Positions 56,576 through 64,000 of a stretch of 64,000 bases of DNA are shown here, piece after piece. The DNA comes from Callorhinchus milii. Lineage: Eukaryota. The notes beneath the pieces were generated by a model, which was not told the DNA's origin, ran no database searches, and saw only the letters and a program-made list of their open reading frames with translations. The position numbers and the translations under genes were made by a program. The DNA lies in NCBI RefSeq assembly GCF_018977255.1, contig NW_024704743.1:52826001-52890000 (forward strand), read 5' to 3'. The stretch's first letter is position 1. Every line of letters begins with the position of its first letter.

Positions 56576-56645
56576 TTCCTATATCAAATGCAAGGATTAT
56601 TATTATTATTGTTATTATTGATATTATTATTGTTATTTCATTCAG

Positions 56646-59600
56646 ATGTTTCTACTGGTAACAATTCTGTTGTTGAGGGAAGTGGTTTCTGGAGCAGTGC
56701 TATGCCCAGATCAAAGTCAATGCCCGGAAGGAACAACATGCTGTCTGATGCAAAGTAGTCAATATGGCTGCTGTCCGGTTCCAAAGGTATGTCATAAATG
56801 TCAGGTACAAAAGCAGAACTGGATTGGGTGTCAGTGAGACATGTCTCAATGCATTTAAGAGGAAACTCAATCTTTACATAAGAGGCAGAGGGAAATATAG
56901 GGGAAGGCTGGGAGGGGGAAATCAGATTGAACTATAAACACTAGCATGAACTACATGCCAAAGAGATTGTCCTGGAAGATGGATGTCTTCAAATGATTAC
57001 CTAACATTTTGTTCATATGTGCCAAATAGCCTGTTTGGTGGTCATTCTTCTTGACAGAGACCCTGCCTGGACTTCTTAAATTTAGGCAAATATTGGAGTC
57101 TAATCTTTTAACAGGATTTTTTATTTAATTATTTAGAGATCGTATCACAGATAAGTATTTTTCATTGGTCCCATCTTTTACACACTTATCCATTCCTAGG
57201 TTCCTAAACTTTTTTCATTCTTGCCCGATTAAATAAAAAAGATTTAGCAAATAATATTTTGATCTTCAGCAAATGAAATTCTAAAGAAAAATCACTGTAA
57301 TTTTTGTTAATTACAAAAGACGATTATATATGGAAAGAATATTTGTGTTTTTAAATGTGTTGACATGCTAATTTACTACCTACTATACATTTTCAGGGTG
57401 TTTGTTGTTCAGACCATCAGCATTGTTGCCCACAAGGGTATAACTGTAATAATGAAACGTGTGTGAAAGGAGGTCTTAGCATTCCTTACATCAACAAGAT
57501 CCCTGTCTTGGAGAGATTGATTGCTCGCAACAGCATTGAGAGCCACAGCACAAAAGTATTCTGTGATGCCATTCATTACTGTCAAGGAGGAAATACATGC
57601 TGCAGGAATCGAACTGGAGAATGGGCTTGTTGCGGTTATCCTCAAGTAATTACCTTACATTTGGTTTATGTGTATAACATATTGAGTGGGTTAAAAGTAC
57701 AGAATATCCTAATTGTCCAATATTTGCTTAGATTGGAAAGAAAGCATACCATCCATCTATTTTCATTATATACTGACTTGTACATTCATTGCGAAATATG
57801 TTGCTCTCTTTACATGATGCACTGTTAAAACTGGCCTTCAGATATTCAAAACTAAGTAGTCACTGCAGCAAACGAGAGTCTAGTTGTATTTAGATCTGCA
57901 CACACAATATGTTTGTCAACTGTAATCTAATCTATAGATTCTTACCAGCAATTTGCAAAAGACCATCAACACAAAAATTCTGTCTTTGTGCTGATTACAG
58001 AATAAATAAACAAGGAGATTACACAAGGAATATAATTTGATCAAGAGGTCCAGATGATAATTGAAAGGGATTAGACCTTTCAAGTAATTTAATTGCATCT
58101 ATATCTTGTTTTACTTTCTTTATCCCAGCAGGTAGTTAGCTCACTGATATGTGGAATTCTCTGCCCTAGAAACTGTAGAAATGGAATTGATAGGGATTTA
58201 AAAACAAATTATAGACAGATACTTGAGTAGAAGTATTAATGGTTTTGGTGAAAGGACAGGACATTGTGTGTTAGCTTGACTTGGTGGAAGCACTCTCGTC
58301 TCTGAACCAGAAGATTGTGGGTTCAAGCCCCACGTCAATACTTGGAATCCCATAGTCTAAGATGACAATTCAATGCACTGCATTGTTGTAGGTGCTGTCC
58401 TTCGGATGAGACATTGAACCGAAGTCCCATCTGTCTGTTCAGGTGAATGCAGAAGATCACATTGCACTATTCAAAAAGAGAAGGGAATTTATTCTGATGT
58501 CCTGGCCAACAATCCCCCAAATAAAATTGGTCACTCGCTCCATTGCTGTTTGTGGGACATTGTAAACTGGCTGCCGCGTTCTGCCCATAAAATATACCAG
58601 TGAATTAAATTACCTTTGTTCCGATTTTATCTACTCTTTTAATCCTGGTTATATCCTGCTCCATGGGTATGGCCCTTCAACTAGGTTGACCAATAAACAA
58701 AATGTTAGAATATTGCTACAGTAATTATTAACTTTCAATTTATTTCTTATCGATTTAGGCTACTTGCTGTGCTAATGGCCTAAACTGCTGTCCTAATGAA
58801 TTCACCTGTGAAATCTCTGCATCAATTTGTACACAAAATGGTCTCAAAATCCCAATGGAAACAAAGAAACCATCACAAAAGATAATAAGTCTGAGCAGCA
58901 GTGTGAGCAGTGACAGCTCAGCTGTTAAGTGTGATAGTGTGCATTCCTGTCCAGATGGAAACACTTGCTGTCGACAAAACACTGGACATTGGAGCTGCTG
59001 CCCCCATCCTCAGGTAGGTTACAATCTCTCCAGTTTAAAATCACACTGTGCAATGCCAGTGATCTCAGTATTCAAATTGCCTTTCAGTTTCTACACCTGA
59101 TGCTAGGTTTGCAAATATTTGCTCTCATAGAAACTCTGACAATTAACTCGGCTATCAGTCGCCTGGTGACTGGAACTGTTTCATTTCCCCCCAACTGCTT
59201 CTGTGGTATCACCTTGTGGTCAAAAGAATGGCATTTCCCCCAACACAAAGTGACCTCAACAACCAAGGAGTTAGTATCCATTTTCAACAATAGCATCTAA
59301 ATCAAGTGCTTAAGGTGCCTAACAGTGATCTAGTGTGCATTAAAGTTACAATAATGCATTATATGTAAGATAAGAACTGACAATAAAATATGATATTGTC
59401 AAATTTCAGTTTTTTACAGCTAAAGCTACTGCCATAGTGAGACTTGTTATTGGTGATTACTTCACTTTACATAAATGAATCATAAGTATTATAGAAAGAG
59501 GGTGGGGGCAGAGTGGCACAAGGCCCACCGCCAATAGTGGGGAAGCGAGGCGGGTGTTGTGAAACAGGTCGGAGCCCGCTGAGCGGAGGGAGCGAGCAGG

Positions 59601-62600
59601 ATGGTACGGGGTTAGGAGGTGGCAGAGGTAGGGGCGAGCAAGACCATGGAGGGCTTTGAAGGTGAGGACCAGGATCTTGAACTGTATCCTCTGTGTGATG
59701 GGAAGCCAGTGGAGTTGGGTGAGGATGGGTGTTATAGGGTCACCGAGTCTGGTGCGGGAGAGGACATGGGCTGCAGAATTCTGGATGATCTACAGCCTAT
59801 GGAGGGAGGAGTTGGGGAGGCCAACAAGCAAGGAGTTTGCATAGTCAAGCCTCGATGTAATGAAAGCGTGTATGAGAGTTTCAGTGGCCTGTGGAATGAG
59901 ACAGTGGCGGAGCCGGGCGATGACGAAACACATCTTCACACCATAAATGTGAAGATGTGTTTCCTCACCGCCAGCTATAAGTGAGTGTTCTCCAGCTTGA
60001 AGGTATGACCTCTGGTTCTGGAATAACAATAACAACAGCAAATTAGATTTGTATAATGTCTTTCATGTCGGAAGGACAACCCAAGGCGCTAGACAGAGGG
60101 ATTTGGACCCAAGCAGGGGATTGGGAACAGTTGGGGTGGAGGGCAGGGATGGTAGGGATAGGAGGGTGCCAAAGGCACGCTCAAAGAGGAGGGTTTTGAA
60201 ACAGGCCTTGAAGGAAGCAAGAGAGGGAGCGAGACAACAGCAACAACAACAGCTTGCATTTATATAGCGCCCTTCACTCCAGGTAGGGTCCCGGAGAGCT
60301 TAGCATTGGCGGACTCTGACCCCGAGAAAGACGGTTGGCGCAGTCAAGCGTAGGTGTGATGAATTTGTGGAGGGTCTCAGCAGCCTGAGGGGAGAGGCAT
60401 TGGTAGAGCCAGGAGATGTTGCGGGGTATGGGGAGGCAAAATGGTTCATGGCACGAATATGGGGTATAAAGGATTGATGGCTTAGAGAGTACCAAAGAGG
60501 CAAAGTGACTGTGGGCTGGAGTTCAAAAAGATGTGAGCAGAGAGGCTAAAGGTCCGACCGCCGATGGTGGGGCAGGCTGGTCATGGATGTGATGAGCAGA
60601 GGGAGCTAACAAGTTGATAAAGGGTTAGCAGGTCACAAAGGCAGGGGAGAGCAAGGCCGTGGAAGGATTTGAAGGCAAGTATGAGAATTATTAACTCTAT
60701 CTTCTGGGGGATGGGGAGCCAGTGGAGCTGGGCGAAGTGGGGGTGTGATGGTGTTACAGAGCCTTGTGCAGGATAGGAGATGAGCTACAGAGTACTGCAT
60801 GATATGCAGCTTGTGGAGGGAGGATTGGAAGCAGTGAGGTTGCACAGTTAAGCCCATATGTGATGAATGTGCGGATGAGTGTCTCGGCCGACTGAGGGGA
60901 GAGGCAGTGGCAGAGAGAGGCGATATTGCGGAGGTATGGAGAGGTAGAATGGGACATGGCATAGATGTGGGACATAAAGGACTCAGGGCTTGCAGCAAAG
61001 CCTTCCATGTGCTGAATACGTGGTGATAATGTTGAATGTCCCCCAGAGCGTGAGCATGGAGCAGTTTGAAGGTGACGACCAGGATCTTGAACTGTATCAT
61101 CTGTGTGATGGGAAGCCAGTGCAGTGGGGCGAGAATGTGGTGGTAGGGTCACGGAGCCTGGTGCGGGAGAGGACAAGGGCTCCAGTGTTCTGGATGATCT
61201 GCAGCCTATGGAGGGAGGAGTTGGGGAGGCCGACAAAAAAGGGGTTTGCGTAGTCAAGCCTCGATGTAATGAAAGCGTGTATGATGGTTTGGGCAGAATG
61301 AAACAGTGGCGGAGCCGGGTGATGAGGAAACACATCTTCACCCCATAAGTGCGAAGATGTGTTTCTTCACCCCCAGCTATAAGTGAGAGTTCTCAAGCCA
61401 AGCCTTCGCTTTGTTCTCTTGCAGCAAAGCCTTCCATGTGCTGAATATGTGGTGATAATGTTGAATGTCCCCCAGAATTTCTTGGCAAATCAACTTATTT
61501 ATTCTACAGCAGTTTATTTTCCTCGTGAAATCTATTTCACTATTGTTGATGTTCTGACCGCAACTCGGCTGTCAGTCCTCTGGTGATTGGAATTGTTTCC
61601 TTTCCCTCAACTGCAATTGTTTCCTTTCCCTCTACTGAAATATCAACTTCCTAGTTCAGTGACAATTGCCATTGGTGACTACTTTACTTTACACAAATGA
61701 ATAATAAGTAAGTAATTCTACATTTCTGGTTTCTATTTAGACTGTCTGTTGTTTTGCTGGAACAATGTGCTGTCCCAAAGATTACACAAGTGGTGTTTCC
61801 ACTTCATCCAGAGCAATGAATGGCCTGAGCATTCCACTGGTGAGCATGATATCTGCAGTGGAGTCAGCTCTGAGCACCAGTGTGAGCAGTGACAGCTCAG
61901 CTGTTAAGTGTGATAGTCTGTATTCCTGTCCAGATGGAAACACTTGCTGTCGACAAAACACTGGACATTGGAGCTGCTGCCCCCATCCTCAGGTATGTTA
62001 CAATTTCTCCCGTTTCAGAACATATTGTGCAATACGAGTAATCTCAGCACTCAAGTTGCCTCTCTCTTTCGACTCTTCATGATGTTATGGTAAATCTGAC
62101 AATCTTCTCTCCTGTGAGAAATCCGTCTGGACCTCTCTTAATGAATGCAATACAGTTGACATTTAAAGGACAAAGGTTGCAGAGTTCTGGTTGGTCATCT
62201 CTTGGAGGGCAGAGATGGAGAGTCTGGCAAGCAGGGTATTAGTGCAGTTAAGCATCGACTTGATGAAAGCGTGGATGAGGGCCTTGGTGATCCCTTGGGA
62301 GTGTGTACTATTTGCACAGATAACATCACGGGAGAGTTTGTTCCATGTGACTACCGCAACCACAAACAACAACAACAAAGTTACAATTGTATAGCGCATT
62401 TCGCATCGGGAGGACGTCCCAAGGTGCTGGATAGACGGAGTTGTGGACCCGAGCTAGGGTTCGGGAATGGGGAGGGCGGAGGGCAGGGGGCAAGCATGGA
62501 GATCGAAAGAACGGTCGGAGAGGAGGGTCTTGAGATGGGTCTTGATGGAAACAAGGGAGGGGGCGAGGCGGAGGGACTGCAGGATGGAGTTCCAGATGGT

Positions 62601-63729
62601 GGGAGCAGAATGGCAGAAGGCCCACTCGCCAACAGTGTGGCGAGCGAGGAGGGCGATGTGAAGCAGGTCAAAGCCCACTGACCTGAGAGATCGAGCAGGA
62701 TGGTAGGGTGTTAGGAGGTCGCAGACGTAGATGGGAGCGTGAGCATGGAGCAGTTTGAAGGTGACGACCAGGATCTTGAACTGTATCATCTGTGTGATGG
62801 GAAGCCAGTGCAGTGGGGCGAGAATGTGGTGGTAGGGTCACGGAGCCTGGTGCGGGAGAGGACAAGGGCTCCAGTGTTCTGGATGATCTGCAGCCTATGG
62901 AGGGAGGAGTTGGGGAGGCCGACAAAAAAGGGGTTTGCATAGTCAAGCCTCGATGTAATGAAAGCGTGTATGATGGTTTGGGCAGAATGAAACAGTGGCG
63001 GAGCCGGGTGATGAGGAAACACATCTTCACCCCATAAGTGCGAAGATGTGTTTCTTCACCCCCAGCTATAAGTGAGAGTTCTCAAGCCAAGCCTTCGCTT
63101 TGTTCTCTTGCAGCAAAGCCTTCCATGTGCTGAATATGTGGTGATAATGTTGAATGTCCCCCAGAATTTCTTGGCGAATCAACTTATTTATTCGACAGAA
63201 GTTTATTTTTTTCGTGAAATCTATTTCACTATTGCTGATGTTCTGACCCCAACTCGGCTGTCAGTCCTCTGGTGATTGGAATTGTTTCCTTTCCCTCAAC
63301 TGCTTCTGTGGTATCACCGCGTGCTCCAAACAATGGCTCTTCCCCAATACAAATTGTTTCCTTTCCCTCTACTGAAATATCAACTTCCTAGTTCAGTGAC
63401 AATTGCCATTGGTGACTACCTTACTTTACACAAATGAATAATAAGTAAGTAATTCTACATTTCTGGTTTCTATTTAGACTGTCTGTTGTTTTGCTGGAAC
63501 AAGGTGCTGTCCCAAAGATTACACAAGTGGTGTTTCCACTTCATCCAGAGCAATGAATGGCCTGAGCATTCCACTGGTGAGCATGATATCTGCAGTGGAG
63601 TCAGCTCTGAGCACCAGTGTGAGCAGTGACAGCTCAGCTGTTAAGTGTGATAGTGTGTATTCCTGTCCAGATGGAAACACTTGCTGTCGACAAAACACTG
63701 GACATTGGAGCTGCTGCCCCCATCCTCAG
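56646..63729 (+). CDS. GRN: Progranulin-like protein, 5' part; exons 56646-56786, 57397-57645, 58759-59013, 61741-61992, 63478-63729 (continues beyond the window)
   Basis: Signal peptide MFLLVTILLLREVVSG, then granulin Cys pattern CPDQSQCPEGTTCC...YGCCP / VCCSDHQHCCPQGYNC....C. All exons are phase 0, GT-AG, each joining a C-half to the next N-half, typical of progranulin genes. Paralog identity is unresolved. Confidence 0.9.
59500..61400 (-). mobile_element. Cluster of L2 fragments in granulin intron
   Basis: Repeated [12 protein letters not shown] / QFKILV motifs on the - strand. Confidence 0.8.
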
Positions 63730-64000
63730 GTATGTTACAATTTCTCCCGTTTCAGAACATATTGTGCAATACGAGTAATCTCAGCACTCAAGTTGCCTCT
63801 CTCTTTCGACTCTTCATGATGTTATGGTAAATCTGACAATCTTCTCTCCTGTGAGAAATCCGTCTAGACCTCTCTTAATGAATGCAATACAGTTGACATT
63901 TAAAGGACAAAGGTTGCAGAGTTCTGGTTGGTCATCTCTTGGAGGGCAGAGATGGAGAGTCTGGCAAGCAGGGTATTAGTGCAGTTAAGCATCGACTTGA
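61047..64000 (+). repeat. Recent tandem duplication units (~1.7 kb), each carrying one granulin exon and L2 fragments
   Basis: 61047-62735 is repeated from 62736 onward. The offset is 1689 nt, then 1737 nt after a 48-nt indel near 61615/63304. The two exons differ at only 2 of 252 nt. Confidence 0.95.

Overview
Eukaryotic vertebrate DNA. It is most likely from a cartilaginous fish (chimaera or elephant-shark-like), inferred from the dense L2 LINEs, tRNA-headed Deu-type SINEs with L2 tails, and CR1 fragments. Three spliced protein-coding genes lie on the + strand: (1) the last two coding exons of CDK6, followed by an ~8.5-kb 3' UTR; (2) a complete 11-exon FAM133B (744-nt CDS, 247 aa) with a CpG-island promoter, a 1-kb (CTGA/CA)n satellite directly upstream, and a tandemly duplicated, still in-frame terminal exon; (3) the 5' part of a progranulin-like gene whose module exons are being tandemly amplified (~1.7-kb units), with the new modules lacking Cys11 and Cys12. 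Between CDK6 and FAM133B lies a decayed retrovirus-like provirus on the - strand (RT, tether, RNase H, integrase, env TM remnant, LTR; possibly lokiretrovirus/spuma-related). It is interrupted by an L2 and abuts a tiny LTR-PBS-PPT-LTR element. Most ORFs in the supplied track are spurious or come from repeats. Exon coordinates were read by hand from splice sites; repeat boundaries are approximate.
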